From: Octopus vulgaris
Lineage: Eukaryota
Assembly: GCA_951406725.2 (NCBI GenBank)
Contig: OX597840.1
Location: 1,612,001 to 1,676,000, forward strand
Length of the DNA: 64,000 nt
Reading direction: 5' to 3'
The notes beneath the pieces were generated by a model. The model made no database searches. It was not told the DNA's origin and was given only the letters and a program-made list of their open reading frames with translations. Numbering within the stretch: position 1 is the first letter of the stretch; each line of letters opens with the position of its first letter. The position numbers were made by a program, and so were the translations under genes. Shown one piece after another: positions 32,848-48,299 of the stretch.

Positions 32848-33333
32848 TGAGTGAGAGAGCAGTTCATGCCATCAAAGTGACACTGGGATAAAATATACGA
32901 AGCCCAATATACCCATCATGACTACCCGTCTGATAAGGGTACACCAGGCACATGCATCACAACCATATGTGCGTGACATGGCGATCTCATATCAAGATAA
33001 ACGGCACATGACCTTGCAGGTGGGGCCCAGTTAGAATTTTCTTCCGTTCGAGTAACACATCCTGCTCAAAATATCCCTGAATAAGGGTTGTTTAAGAATG
33101 ATGAACGAAACACCCATGTTTCCAGAGGTGAATTATCCAAACCCTAAAGAATCCCTCTCAACACATGGCTATGATGCTCCCCCACTGCTTCTGCTCGTGA
33201 TCATAGATGCACATATTGTCAGCCACTAAGGGACATGCTCAACTGGTTATGGTCAAACAACTGACAAGCAAATCTGTGGTATTGAGCAGAATATTTGCTG
33301 TAGCCCATCTTTTATATCAAGATAAAATGTACA
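32848..33333 (-). mobile_element. Probable non-autonomous interspersed element embedded in a (TAA)n tract
   Basis: About 490 bp of complex non-coding sequence bounded on both sides by (TTA)n-like tracts; the minus strand ends ...ctctctcactc(aat)n. Single copy here, class unresolved. Confidence 0.45.
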
Positions 33334-33378
33334 TCATCATTATTATTATATTTATCATTATCATTATTATTATTATTA

Positions 33379-33427
<49 letters not shown>

Positions 33428-33447
33428 TGTTGTTGTATTTCACCCAT

Positions 33448-33600
33448 TGCTACGCTCTCTGTTCAAATTCCACCGAAGTCGACTTCGCCTTTCAAACTTT
33501 CGTTGTTGGTAAATTAAGTACCATTTGCGTATTGAGGTAAATCTAATCGAGTGGTCCCCTCCAACAAAATTTTATGCCTGTGCCTATAATAGAAAGTATT
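33448..33600 (+). mobile_element. SINE family A-related, partial
   Basis: gttcaaattccaccgaagtcgacttcgcctttca...taaattaagtacca. Confidence 0.7.
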
Positions 33601-33607
33601 ATTATTA

Positions 33608-33686
<79 letters not shown>

Positions 33687-34199
33687 CATCATCACTATCC
33701 TCATAATCATTATCATCTACACAATCATCATCATCTACACAATCATCATCATCTACACCATCATCATCATCTACACTATCATCATCATCATCATCATCAT
33801 CATCGTCAATATCATTGCCAATATTTTCTAGCCACCATTGTAACTTTATATTCGAATTTATGTTTTTTTGTGAATTTTTTTGTGGGGGAGGGCACAGTAT
33901 TTTAATATTTTACACGTTCTACACTCGGCCACCCCGCCTATACTAAATAATTGTCTTTGCAAAATATCCTTACATATTCATATTTTAAGAGCAATGAGGT
34001 AATTACCATTAATAATCTGCGATACTCAGTAATCAAAAATTACAATTAAATATGCATACGTATTGATAAATACACGCACGCATACATACAGACACATACA
34101 TTTTCATATAAATATACTTATACATATACGTATCGATACATATACATACACATATATACATGTATCTACCTGTATCTATCTACCTATCTATCTACCTAC

Positions 34200-34268
<69 letters not shown>

Positions 34269-34308
34269 CATCTGTGTATGTCTCTATAACTCTATCTATC
34301 TATCTAAG

Positions 34309-34340
<32 letters not shown>

Positions 34341-34987
34341 AATATATATATATATATGTATATGCACACAGAGAGATAGAGAGATAGGTAGAGAGAGAGA
34401 AAGAGATATAGGTAGATAGATATATCTATTGTATTATATACGAAAGAAGGTGGGTTAGAAAAGTATAACAAAACACTACACTAATTATCTAATTAGACTT
34501 ACAGCAAATGAGACTTAATTAAACAGGAGCGAATGAAAATTATATACATATAAATATATATATATACATATATATATTTCTATTTATATATATACATATG
34601 CATATATATATGTGTATTGGAATATATGTATATATGTCCAAATATATATATATCTTACATATTACATATATATATATATTTATATATATACATTATATAA
34701 GTATATATATACATACACATATATACACATACACCCATGCATATAGAAGCCTCTATATATCTATCTATCTATCTATCTATCTATCTCTATATTTTTATTT
34801 CTAATATATATATATATACACATGCTTATGTGTACGTTTGTATGTATATATACATACATATATTTGTAGAAGGCTGTATTTTAATTTTCATTATATATTA
34901 AATATCATGGGACCACATATGTTATAGATATCTAATTCTTCATAAAAGTACACTGAATCGGTCCTTATCTGTATCTCAAATCTCATC

Positions 34988-35025
<38 letters not shown>

Positions 35026-35030
<5 letters not shown>

Positions 35031-35180
35031 AGAGTTTACGAAAAAAATAAAAGACGAAGACAGGTGGTGTAGAAAACAAACAGATGTATTAGTATAACGC
35101 CCAGGAATAGAAAAATCTTTTACGTTTCGAGCATACGCTCATCTACAGAAAGGGACACAGACAAAACAGGGAGAGAAACA
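35026..35180 (-). mobile_element. Dispersed repeat family D
   Basis: Matches 2097-2285; hammerhead-like motif at 35117-35152. Confidence 0.75.
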
Positions 35181-35699
35181 CCGTGTGATGTGTAAATTGT
35201 CAACATTATTTATTTTAAATTTCGCATTGATTCTTTCTAATTTTGTCAACTACACAGTAGAGTAGGGTCAGTTGACCACCGGTCTATGAGAGAAACAATT
35301 CTATGATGCAATTCGCTCTGATTGGCATTCGCGCCGGAATCTCTAATACGAACAAATGAGTGTGTATTGCATGTCAATTTGAGGAGAGTTCAATCTGAGG
35401 ACAGGTAACGTGAGTAATAAAAATCAAACAACCAGTCAACATCATGGCATTTGGAGTGACCGCTAGTTATAGTGATTTTGTAAATAAAACATGTTCTTTG
35501 TCTATCTCGTTATCCACTTGGAGATTTCGAGTAGAATTACGCTAATGTGTCCTTCTAATTTAAACAAATTCTATGTTTTGGTGCAGCTGATGTTTGCTCT
35601 ACATTTTAAATTGATGTAATGAAATGATTGCATTGTTCATTTAAATGGAGTCGCATGAAATGATCGTACTGCATTACCTCTTGATATCCTTGTTGTTTA

Positions 35700-35912
35700 A
35701 GGCGGCGAGGTGGCAGAAACATTAGCACGGCGGGCGAAATGCTTAGCCGTATTTGGTTGGCCGTTACGTTCTCAGTTCAAATTCTGCCGAGGTCGAATTT
35801 GCCTTTCATCCTTTCGGGGTCGATTAAACAAGTACCAGTTACGCACTGGGCTCGCCGTTTTTTTCCTTGTTTGTCCTCTCTGCGTTTAGCCCTTTGTGCG
35901 TAGTAAAGAAAT
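35700..35912 (+). mobile_element. SINE family A
   Basis: Head to tail match with a small deletion. Confidence 0.88.
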
Positions 35913-36018
35913 AGATATCCCTGTTGCTTATTTTGATTTTACTCACCTTATTTTCAAATTGTGTGTGTAATAGCATACTAAATTCTGGTGCCTCAACTTA
36001 AGTACCATATTCACTTGA

Positions 36019-36587
<569 letters not shown>

Positions 36588-37021
36588 TATACATATATAT
36601 GTGTGTGTGTGTGTGTGCGTGCGTGTGTGTGTGTGTGAGTGTGTGTGTGCGTCTATGTGTGTGTGTGTCTACCTCCGAGTACAGATATATTTGTAAAGAG
36701 CTTGTTTGCGCTATCATAATATTTCTTCTTGAAATTTCTACTTCAAATGAATATGATATATTTAGCGGTGTTTGTAAAAGTTTGCAGAAATTTCTATTTG
36801 ATAATTGTAAGAATGCGCGAAATTTGTCTGATACGTTTTCATATACTTGAGTTCATATAGATATATATATGTGTTTGCATAACTATGTGTTTAGTTATGT
36901 GTGAAACGAGTGTTATTCGTTAGGTTAGGAAAATAAATATGTGTATTCAATTCGAACGACTGGAAATTTACATATATGCGCGAAAACGCTTCATGTATTT
37001 CCACTCATTGCATATATATGT

Positions 37022-37072
<51 letters not shown>

Positions 37073-37369
37073 TATATATATATATATATATGTACACACA
37101 CACACATATATATATATGTGTACACGTATATGTACACATATATATATGTACATATATATATATGTACACATATATATATGTACACATATATATATATGTA
37201 TATATATATATATAGATATACATACATACATATACACATATATATATATACATACACGTATATACATAGGTATATACATATATATATGTATATTTATATG
37301 TATATGTGTATATATATATGTGTTTATCTATCTATCTATATATATATATATACATACATACAGTCATAC

Positions 37370-37400
<31 letters not shown>

Positions 37401-37664
37401 CATTTAATGCGTGTGTACATATAATTGACAGATACACAGAATCATATGCTTGCACATATACATGCATGTATGCAAGTGCATATATAAATATAAATATATA
37501 GATATACATATATTTGAATGTATGTTTGCTTACGTATGTTTAACATTCAGAATCATGTAAATATATACAGGCAAATATGTGTTTGTATGCATAAACGTTC
37601 TGTTTTACTTACTCAAAACTCATCTATTTAACACATAATATATGTCTACCTGTAGGCGTCCACC

Positions 37665-37775
37665 TGTAGGGGTCATTACCGCGCCCTGCAAGATACTTAC
37701 AAGATTTCGTCCGTATGTGCGTTCTGAGTTCAAATATTCCCGAGGTCGGCTGTGCCTTTCATTCTTTCGGAGTCG
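37665..37775 (+). mobile_element. SINE family A-related, 5' fragment
   Basis: atttcgtccgt...gttctgagttcaaatattcccgaggtcggctgtgcctttcattctttcggagtcg. Confidence 0.65.
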
Positions 37776-39901
37776 TACATACATATATACATACATACAT
37801 ACATACATACATACATACATACATACATACATACATACATAAATGCATACATACATATACAATATAACAAGAATCAGCTGATTGAAGTAATTCAAGGTGA
37901 GGTATCTACTTAGGTCGGAATAATATGCACACACAACAATTATAGACAAATACCAATTGTGGCAGATAAGTCCTGCAACTATGATATTCAGGTAATGTGT
38001 GCAGTTAATTTGATCCCAGGGCCAGTCGTAGAATCGCTAAATATTTATATGCCGTGGATTTTAAATAATTTTTAAGGTATGTGATTGTAAAATTCATGTA
38101 TTCATATCCTTGATTCTAAAATTCAACTGAAGAAAACGGTATTCTATAACGATATAATGTACTCGTTAATCAATGAAAAGATTTCGTTAGAAACGGCTGT
38201 TATGAATTATCATCTATCCATCAATTATTTGGTCATACACACACGCGCACGCAGACACACACACATATATGTATATTGGTGTGGGTGTGTCTGTGTGTAT
38301 GCATGTGTGTGCGTCTGTGTGTTTGTTTTTGTGTGTATGCGTGTATATGCATGTCCATATATGTATATGTGAATATATATATAATGAATCATTATCTTAT
38401 GCATAACGAGAAAAAAGTATGTATTTGAAAATATAATAGCAATATGACTTCTAAGATATGCAAAATAAACAAATATATTAAAAAATTGCTTTCCTAATTT
38501 CCGAATAAAGATGATGGAGGAATTGAAGTTACGAGTAACTGGCAACTTTTAGAGATTAAGTACGGGTAATACACCTAGTTGTGAAGAGAATAGAGTAGTA
38601 ATCGCTATATAAAAGAAACAAAAACGGGAAACTATCTCAAATTACTAGAAATTTGAATATAGTGCATTTTCAAAGTGTATGATTAATAAAGTGATTTTTA
38701 TGCACCGATAGCCTTTACTGGAAAAACTTAAGATAAATTTTATATGATTAACCTATAGTTTACATGACTCAGGCTTTAGTAAATAAATAAATAAATAAAG
38801 ATACACGTATTGATTTTCTTTGATATCGAGCGTTGTTTGTTTCTCCCATTATCTTGTCCTTCTTCTCCTTCGTCGTCGTCATCATCATATCAGTTATCGT
38901 GGTTGGAATTCTCGTTAATCCCCATAATCCTCCTCCTCCGACTCATCATCACCATCATCATCATCATCCTCATCAATGCATCAGCTGTCGTTGATATTGT
39001 AAATATTTCATGTTTTCTCTGTTTCACTCTTTCTCTCTCTCTCTCTTTCTTTCTCTTTCTCTCTCCGTCTCACATTGATTTCCTCTATCTCCTCACATTC
39101 TCTCATCACACATTTTCTTAATTTCCCTCTCAGCCTCCTCCCATTTCTCTTTCACCTCCCCTTATAATACTGTTTTTGATTGCCGTCTTTTTTCTTTCAT
39201 TTCGGGCAGATTGCATCCCTGAAGGAATCACCTTTACTTATCCATCAACTCCAGTAAACATTAATACCTCACAGTATCCGCAGTAAATGGATTACTAAAG
39301 ATTTTCGCTTAGATGTTTTAATACAAGTGTAGAAACATCACTTAAGAAACCTGGTGTGATGTAACTATGGTCAACCAGCTGAGAGCCTTCATTTTAGCTC
39401 CTCTCTTACAAAACTGATTCGTTTGAAAATGAAAACTGTTTATTTGCGACCAAATTACATTTTCCTCTTGGGTTTACAAACCAAACCGCTATTATTCAAC
39501 GTATTAAGCTTCCAGAAATTTCCCATTGTGAGAGATCGTTTCTCATAACTTCTTTCGTATACGCCGTTACCCACCTTCAGGCATTAATGCATCGTCTTTC
39601 ATATTTAATAATTTTATTTTGAATGTTAGATTGTGTATGTATTCATTTTATATATTTATGCAGACCTTTTGCCTTTTTGTCCAACAGAACCATTCCCACT
39701 TATGCTGCTATCACCTTCTTCTGTAACCCTATTTGTTTGGGATACGTATATAAATATACACATATAGTTATCTATATATGTGTATATTTGGACGTATGTG
39801 CATGTACACAAACGCATATGTACATAGATACCTATGTATATATATATGTCTATATATATATCTGTCTATGTCTCTCAATCTATCTAACTACATCTGTACA
39901 C

Positions 39902-39938
<37 letters not shown>

Positions 39939-40959
39939 TACATATATATATATACATATATAGATATATATATATAGGTACACATAGATATATATATATA
40001 TATATACATATATACATATATATATATACATATATAGATATATATATATATATATAGGTACACATAGATATATATATACATTTATACATACATATATATA
40101 TATATATATCTTAAAACTTGCATATGTATATATGCACACAGACACGCATAAACGTATATGTACATAATTACATATGTATATATACTTATATATCGAAATG
40201 TATTTAAATAGAATAGAATAGAAGAGAAGAGAGAGGTGTAGTGAGGGTAAAACACTTATATATACGTGTATGTGTGTATGTTTTGTTTATAGAGACATAC
40301 ACACACATATGCGAGCACACACGCACACACATATATATATATAGAGTGATAAATATGTGCATATGTAAGTATATATACATGTTTGTGTGTTTTAACTCTG
40401 TTTCACTTTCTCTTTTCCCTCACCCTCAACTTCGTCTTTTTCTAGCTTCTCTATCTCTCCATGATTCTCTCTCTGCCTTACTTTCTCTCACACACATTCT
40501 CTTTTCTTCTTCTTTCACTCTCCTTTTTTCCCTTCATATTTTTACTCACAATATATATTAAAAGAAATCCCTACCAACTTTGAAGTCTCCCTGCTCAATT
40601 ATACTGGCTACATGCATTCGGGGTACATAACACTTATCTTTCGTTTCTATATTTGTACTTTCAACGTAACAGAAAATCGGTGCTAGATTATCACGCCATC
40701 TTTTTGCCATTTCCTCAGAGGCGTTCTCAATGTATTTGCTTATCAAATACCGCTAGATGTTTATTCCAATAGACGTTTTACGTTCAAACATATTCAACGT
40801 AAATGGTAAATTCCAATGTTGTGGATTTCCTGTGTAATGCTTCTAAGAGACTCATTCTCCATGTCTGATACTGGTAAACAAAACCAAAAAAAACAAAAAA
40901 AAAAAAAAAATTGCAATATGAAGATAAATGAAAATATCAATAAATAATACAAAAGCGGC

Positions 40960-41002
40960 TATTACTATGACTGCTGCTGCTGCTGCTATTACTACTACTA
41001 CA

Positions 41003-41057
<55 letters not shown>

Positions 41058-41159
41058 ATGATAATAATAATAATAATAATGATAATAATAATAATAAAAG
41101 TAATACTAATAATAATAATAGTAATAATGATAATAATAATAATAATAATAATAGTAATA

Positions 41160-41223
<64 letters not shown>

Positions 41224-41502
41224 TAATAATAATAATATTAAAAGTAATACTAATAATAATAATAGTAATAATGATAATAATAATAATAATAATGATAATA
41301 ATAATAATAATGATAATGATCATACAATAATAATAATACTGATAATAATAATCACAACTAAAATAATAGTAACATTATATTAATAAAATGTTAAAATAAA
41401 TATATAACAATAATCATAATTAAGATGATAATAAAAATAATATCAATAATGATAATGATAATAATGATAATAATAATAATAGTAATAGTAATAATAATAA
41501 TA

Positions 41503-41595
<93 letters not shown>

Positions 41596-41805
41596 GCGTT
41601 AGTGATGAGTAAAATAACAAAAACCATTTATAATGAATAACAATAATGTGATATAAAGAAAAACAGCACTAAACCTAACAAATAAAAAATAATTAATAAT
41701 GATAATAAAAATGAATGATGATGGTGATGATGACGACGAGGACGATGATGATGCTTATTATTTTCATTATTCTTATTATTAATAATAATAACAATAATAA
41801 TAATA

Positions 41806-41894
<89 letters not shown>

Positions 41895-41895
41895 G
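40960..41895. repeat. (TAC)n/(TAA)n/(GAA)n microsatellite field
   Basis: Direct reading. Confidence 0.95.
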
Positions 41896-42481
41896 AAGAA
41901 AAACAGACGAAATGAGCAAATAATATTAATACTATATATAAAGAATAAACGCAAACGATGCCGTGTCCAGAGATAAAATTTCATAATTTATCATAAGCTA
42001 TGGCGCTTTTCTCTTTTATTTTTATCTTGTTCTTTCACTGCAACCAGTCATTGAAGTGCGGCCATCTTGGTTTATAACCTCCATGTGTTTAATCACTCTT
42101 ATACACACCAGTTCATATTATTTACTTCGTGTGGGTATATTTGTTGTCATTTACCATTTGTTTGTTGTTTGTGAATTTCAACTGCTATTTCCAGGAAATT
42201 GAATAATGCACAGCAGGATTCCACCGTTATACACAAATACAGACACGTACATTGATAAACATTCCGCTACAAGAATATTCTCCCCTGCACACATACTCGT
42301 GTCTTTCTGTGTTGGTGTTTGTTAGTAATCAATCAACATGTGTATAAATGCATGCATACACACAAAAACACATACATGTATACATGATACATGGATGCAT
42401 ACATACGTACATACATACATACAGATGTGTGTACGTTCGTACACTCGAAGCGACAAGTCACGTATTTGGCGTGCGAGATTA

Positions 42482-42706
42482 TTTACTCTCTTTACTCTTT
42501 ACTGTTTTACTTCTTTCAGCCATGTGTCTGCGGCCATGCTGGAGCACCGCCTTTAGTCGAGCAAATCGACCCCAGGACTTATTCTTCGTAAGCCCAGTAC
42601 TTATTCTATAGGTCTCTTTTGCCGAACCGCTAAGTGACGGGGATGTAAACACACCAGCATCGGTTGTCAAGCAATGCTAGAGGAACAAACACAGACACAC
42701 ACACAC

Positions 42707-42772
<66 letters not shown>

Positions 42773-42935
42773 GACAGGCTTCTTTTAGTTTCCGTCTACC
42801 AAATCCACTCACAAGGCTTTGGTCGGCCCACGGCTACAGCAGAAAACATTTGCCCAAGATGCCACGCAGTGGGACTGAACCCGGAACCATGTGGTTGGTT
42901 AGGAAGCTCCTTACCACACAGCCACTCCTGCACCT
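42482..42935 (-). mobile_element. SINE family B, full length
   Basis: Complete reverse-complement copy. Confidence 0.92.
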
Positions 42936-43002
42936 ATGTAAGAATATACATAAAACAAAACATACAAAACTACACATATGCATACATACATACCAAAATA
43001 CC

Positions 43003-43292
43003 CTATCCTTAAATCCTTAACAACATGTTTCTGCCCGAAGGCTGCGGCTATGCTGGGGCACCACCGTTGAATGAGCTACACTTGTATGTGAAAGCACCTC
43101 TGATACGTGGCACTTGATCAACAAGGGAGTTCGATGCCGCTTCCCGCATCTGTGTTTCCTGCCGAGAGGTAGGTTCATCTGGGACCCCTGACAAGAAAAG
43201 ATTCAGTTTAGTTTTATCGAAACTCACATCCGCACCATGCACGTCTCTCAGGCATTTAGGAAGGATGTTGAAGAGCTGTGGTCCTCTGAAAC
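43003..43292 (-). mobile_element. CR1-superfamily-like LINE 3' end (shares tail with SINE B)
   Basis: SFRGPQLFNILPKCLRD...KLNLFLSGVPDEP...REAASNSLVDQ, then ggtggtgccccagcatagccgcag...gaaacatgt and a (ttaaggat)n tail. Confidence 0.75.
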
Positions 43293-43675
43293 TTATTTTT
43301 TTAATAGGTCTATTCCTAGGTCTAATTTTATTATTCACATTATTAGAATTATAAAAAAAAAATAGACCAAACAAATATAAAATAGCCTTAAAAATAGACC
43401 TCAAAAAATAATATGGTTCTTCCCACCTTGGCGTTTGGAGTTCTAGATACGTTTAATACACGTATTAAAAGCATTCAAAATATCAATACTTGGTTTGAGT
43501 TCATTCATATATTTTATGATATTATGTCTTATACAAACTATCCACTCCTAAATCTACACATGATATAACAACGATATTTGGATTTGTTTGATCGAAGCGG
43601 ATCGATTCGGAAATCCTGGCAACCAGCGTCGTTTCTCAGCATAATAAAATCTATATATACGTACATGGATACAAA

Positions 43676-43721
<46 letters not shown>

Positions 43722-44199
43722 TACACGCACGCTCACACATGCAAACACACACACACACACACGTACGAACATGCAAATATATATGTATGTATATATACAC
43801 ACACAGAAACACACACACACACACACAGGTTGCAGTCAATAAACTGCCGTCTAAATTACGCTGAAATGAAAATAACACTGACATCTTATTTTAAGAGATA
43901 TAGTTACCAATATTACATAAACAAATCTTGAAATTCTAAAGAGTAAATTTATTCAATAAAATCGCCATTGGGTTCAACTACCCCCTTAAGACGACTTTGG
44001 AATCTTCTACAACTCTTCTGGACGGTCTCCTTGTTTCAGCTGGTTTATGCTTGCCTTCAGGTAATTTTTGGTTGTTAGAAGGATTTTTGTTGGTCTCTCG
44101 CTCAACTGTGCCCCAAACATAATGATCAAGGGGGAGTTAGCTAGCCAGATGTTAAGGGCGATGTAGTTGCACAAATAATCTGACAGCCATGACTGGGTC

Positions 44200-44580
44200 C
44201 TCTTGCTTGCGTGACATGGCACAGTTCTTTTACCAGCGATAGTATTTTCAACAGCCACGGAGTTATATACAGGGAGGGTGTTCATGCAAAGAGTTCAGGC
44301 CATATCTGGTCAAGAGAGACTTTGGACCGAGCGGTCGTCGGCATCTTCACTATCGCGTCTGGCAGTTTATTCCACGGATTCGCAACCCGGACGGAGAAAG
44401 CCCCTCTCCTTCGATTGAGATGAAATCGTCGCAGATAGAGCTTTTCGGAGTGACCCCGCAGCCTACGCTCTGGAGTAGGAGTGAAGAACAACTCTTTCGA
44501 GAGGTTACACTTCCCACTTATGATGTTGTGAGCGAGATTGAGATCACTACGGCGTCGTCGTTTTTCTAGAGAATAAAGGT
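44200..44580 (-). mobile_element. CR1-type LINE ORF2 C-terminus
   Basis: LYSLEKRRRRSDL...RLRGHSEKL...RRGAFSVRVANPWNKLP, a typical CR1 C-terminal motif. Confidence 0.85.
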
Positions 44581-44760
44581 CGACCACAACTTCCTTCAGG
44601 CACGTGATGTAGGACTCCACTTTGAGTCTGAGGCCGTGTGAGAAGATGGATGGCGGCATAACGTCACCGTCACTCGTGGTCACTCCAAAGACCATGATGT
44701 CAACTGGATGTTTGATTTTTATCATCCTCAGTACGTTTCCTCAGATTGCAATATTCTCCG
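44581..44760 (-). mobile_element. Tc1/mariner (maT/DD37D-like) transposase fragment
   Basis: KIKHPVDIMVFGVTTSDGDVMPPSIFSHGLRLKVESYITCLKEVV. Confidence 0.75.
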
Positions 44761-45233
44761 GTTGTCACAGAAACACTCTGAAATGTTCGTATTGAAGCTT
44801 CCAGCGCTAATGCCATACAATACTAAATGTCCTACCCAAATTGTCCTACCCAAATTTCTGGTGATATTTTTCTCCCAGAGGGTTTCCAGCTGATCCTACA
44901 ATACTGTGTGGTCGACAAAATCAGAAAGGAACAATGCGTATAAGCGAAATTGAAAATAGAAAATTTACCCATCGCTTATATATATATATATGAGGGTATG
45001 AGTAAGTATCTCATTTATTTCTTTGCCACAATTATCACTGACGAAGGGAGGGTTCTTACGAACTAATCCTGAAATCGGTCCGATATGGTAATAATGGAAT
45101 TTTTTAGAAATTTCTGGCGGCTTTTTTTCGAGTAGCATGCGTATTGTGAAAAATTACATGGTAATGGACAATATGTCCAATTTTCGGCATATTTGGCATT
45201 AGAATTTTTTTCGTTTGCCCTTATTTATAAGTT

Positions 45234-45266
<33 letters not shown>

Positions 45267-45271
<5 letters not shown>

Positions 45272-45367
45272 AGAATTCACAAAGAAACAAAAGACGAAGA
45301 CAGGTGGTGTAGACAACAAACAGATATTCTATTGGTATAACGCTCGGGAAGTGAAAAAGTCTTTAAC
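45267..45367 (-). mobile_element. Dispersed repeat family D, truncated
   Basis: agggagaattcac...aagacgaagacaggtggtgtagacaacaaacagat...tataacgctc. Confidence 0.7.
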
Positions 45368-45683
45368 TGGGTATTAGTATATTTGGTCAATAACTAACGA
45401 AGTCAGTTGTGTCTGTCCTACGTATACGTTTTGTAGTATTTAATGCATTTTCGATTTATGGAATATCTGAAAGTTACACATCCCGATTATGTTAACAGAA
45501 AGTTTGTATATATTTTTGGCGTTTCTTTCTTTGCTTCTTACTTTCTTTCATTCCTTCTCTCTTTCTTTTTTCTCTTTCTTTCTTCCTTTATTTTTTCCTT
45601 TCTCCCGTCCTAATATTCCTTTTCTAGCATATCTGTCCGTATGTTCTTATTGTCATGTGTTACCTTCGAATTCCATTTTTTGG

Positions 45684-45724
<41 letters not shown>

Positions 45725-45890
45725 TAGATAGATATCATAGACATAATATATAAATATATCCATCTATACACGCATATATGGGCATACCTATATGTATATA
45801 TACATTCATATATGGGTATAGGAGAAAAAAAAAACGTTGAACCCAATGAGAAATGTATACATAAAAACAAAAACATAGAAACGAACTATA

Positions 45891-45933
<43 letters not shown>

Positions 45934-46618
45934 CGGCGTACGTACACTTTCGCTCACCTTGTAAGTAAGTATATATCTAAATTCTATACGACTTTTTCCC
46001 CTTTCTTTTAGTCCCCTTTATATTTTCTTCTATGTTTCCTCTATTCTTTTTCTCGGTCCCTTCCCTCAAATTTCTTGGTTTTCTCTTTCTTTAATCCCTC
46101 TATTTTCCTTCATTATCCCCCTTATACTTTATCCGCTCTCTCTTCCTCTCCCTCTAGTTCGTTCCCGAATTCTTCAATGCCTCTGTTCCCTACCTCTCTC
46201 TTTTCCTTCTACGTGACTGGTGTTCAGGAAAGCATGGTCTTTCTTTCTTGACCCAACCGCCGCCCGTACAACACCTTATTTTCCTGTCTCCTGAATTTCA
46301 CCTATGTTTGTGCTTGAAGGCTTTCACTCCACACGCCAGCTCAACTTAATTCGTCCTTATTAATCGAAAGACACCTGTTGTTATTCTCTTTTTGCTTGTA
46401 TTTGTATCTCTGTAATCGTGTAATATTTTCTCCGTTTTCACGTTTTATGTTTCTGTTTTGTCGTACACATTCGTCAGCTTTCTTCCAAAAGATTTCAAAA
46501 TTGGCTTCGACATAAACAGTAATGATAATGTCGAAACTTGGCAGATTAATAGAAGGCCGCGAATGATCCATCCTTGTTTCTCCTGTCCGTGTTTGTAACG
46601 TCTAATATAGTTCTATCT

Positions 46619-47072
46619 GTACCCTGAAAACATAAGGCCTAGTGCCTAGTCAAAAGAAATGATATGCTAGTACCCTGACAACATAAGGCCTAGTGCCTAG
46701 TCAAAAGAAATTATATGCTAGTACCCTGAAAACATAAGGCCTAGTGCCTAGTCAAAAGAAATTATATGCTAGTACCCTGAAAACATAAGGCCTAGTGCCT
46801 AGTCAAAAGAAATTATATGCTAGTACCCTGAAAACATAAGTCCTAGTGCCTAGTCAAAAGAAATTATATGCTAGTACCCTGAAAACATAAGGCCTAGTGC
46901 CTAGTCAAAATAAATTATATGCTAGTACCCTGAAAACATAAGGCCTAGTGCCTAGTCAAAAGAAATTATATGCTAGTACCCTGAAAACATAAGGCCTGGT
47001 GCCTAGTCAAAATAAATTATATGCTAGTACCCTGAAAACATAAGGCCTAGTGCCTAGTCAAAAGAAATTATA
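46619..47072. repeat. Minisatellite, 51 bp unit x ~9
   Basis: gtaccctgaaaacataaggcctagtgcctagtcaaaagaaattatatgcta at 46619, 46670, 46721 ... 47027. Confidence 0.97.
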
Positions 47073-47568
47073 GTTCTATCTGTACGTCTCAGTACAATAG
47101 TCGATGGAGATGATCACGGATGGAAAGAAACTTGATCTCGGACCACGTTTATCAGGACGTACTTGGGGCTAAGCAACTAACGGATTAGAAGAACTAAATT
47201 TACATTTGTTTCATCAAGGCAAACCAAAGATATATAACCAGCTACGAAAACATAAGCAACAAGCAAACTGTTTACAAAACGATAGAATTACATTTTCTAC
47301 CATATTCTATTAATGCCAAGTAATTATTCTGTCGCAGACTTATTCCAATTCCTGGAAGGAATATCTGTGTTTAGAAGTAAATACTTTATATTTTTCAAAA
47401 CCAAAATATGACCAAATTCCTGGATTGCTATGGAGAATGTAATTACTATATTTTTGGAATATATTCTCCTTGAGTCTCTTAGCAGTAACTTTAATTACTT
47501 TTTCATGTTATTTCAACTTTACAGCGTCTGATAATTTTCGTAATATTATTAATATTATTATTATTATC

Positions 47569-47629
<61 letters not shown>

Positions 47630-47644
47630 TTATTATCATTATTA

Positions 47645-47689
<45 letters not shown>

Positions 47690-47711
47690 ATTATTATTAT
47701 TATTATTATCT

Positions 47712-47746
<35 letters not shown>

Positions 47747-47849
47747 GTTATTATTATTATCATTATTATTATCGTTGTTGTTGTGGTTGATGTTATTATT
47801 TACTATTGTTATTACTATTATTATTATTATTGTTGCTGTTGTTATTTAC

Positions 47850-48260
47850 TTTTAATCTACATGTTTGTTATAATCACTTGGTGAGACACACCCTGAGTCT
47901 TAGGGCGAGTGAAGGATAAGAGATGTTATAGTTTGGCTCAAAACTTGAAGTGAGGCAGTTGCAGGGACAGAAGCGATATAACTTTCTGTAATATAACAGG
48001 CATTTAAATTGATAGGCTTTTTCTGAGGTTGTGGGAAGTACTTTTCAGCATAATCTTTTTAGGTTTCTCTGAGATATGGTTCTCCTGGTATGTTATCTAG
48101 ATATTTCTTACATCGACATTTAGTCATATCTCGGACACCTACAATAACAGGTACAGTTATTGCTTTAAGATACCACATTTTTTGTATTTCAATTTCCAGG
48201 TCCTTATAATTACTTAAGTTGTCAAATTCCTTTACAGATATATATTTTATCAGCGGGAAC
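47850..48260 (-). mobile_element. R4/Dong-type LINE 3' end (RLE domain), running into a (TAA)n field
   Basis: VPADK...SVKEFDNLSNYKDLEIEIQKMWYLKAITVPVIVGV...IPGEP...HNLRKSLSI*. Confidence 0.8.
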
Positions 48261-48299
48261 CCTCTTTTTAAAGACCGCTTCGTTTTATTTTTCTCTTGT

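Noticed and set aside
44282-44725. 147 aa ORF as a novel transposase-LINE fusion gene
   Set aside because: Chance in-frame junction of a 5'-truncated CR1-type fragment with a mariner-type fragment; neither catalytic domain is complete.
46619-47072. CRISPR-like array or tandem hammerhead (retrozyme) array
   Set aside because: No spacers. The units read CTGAAAA and CAAAA rather than CUGANGA and GAAA, so a ribozyme cannot be called.
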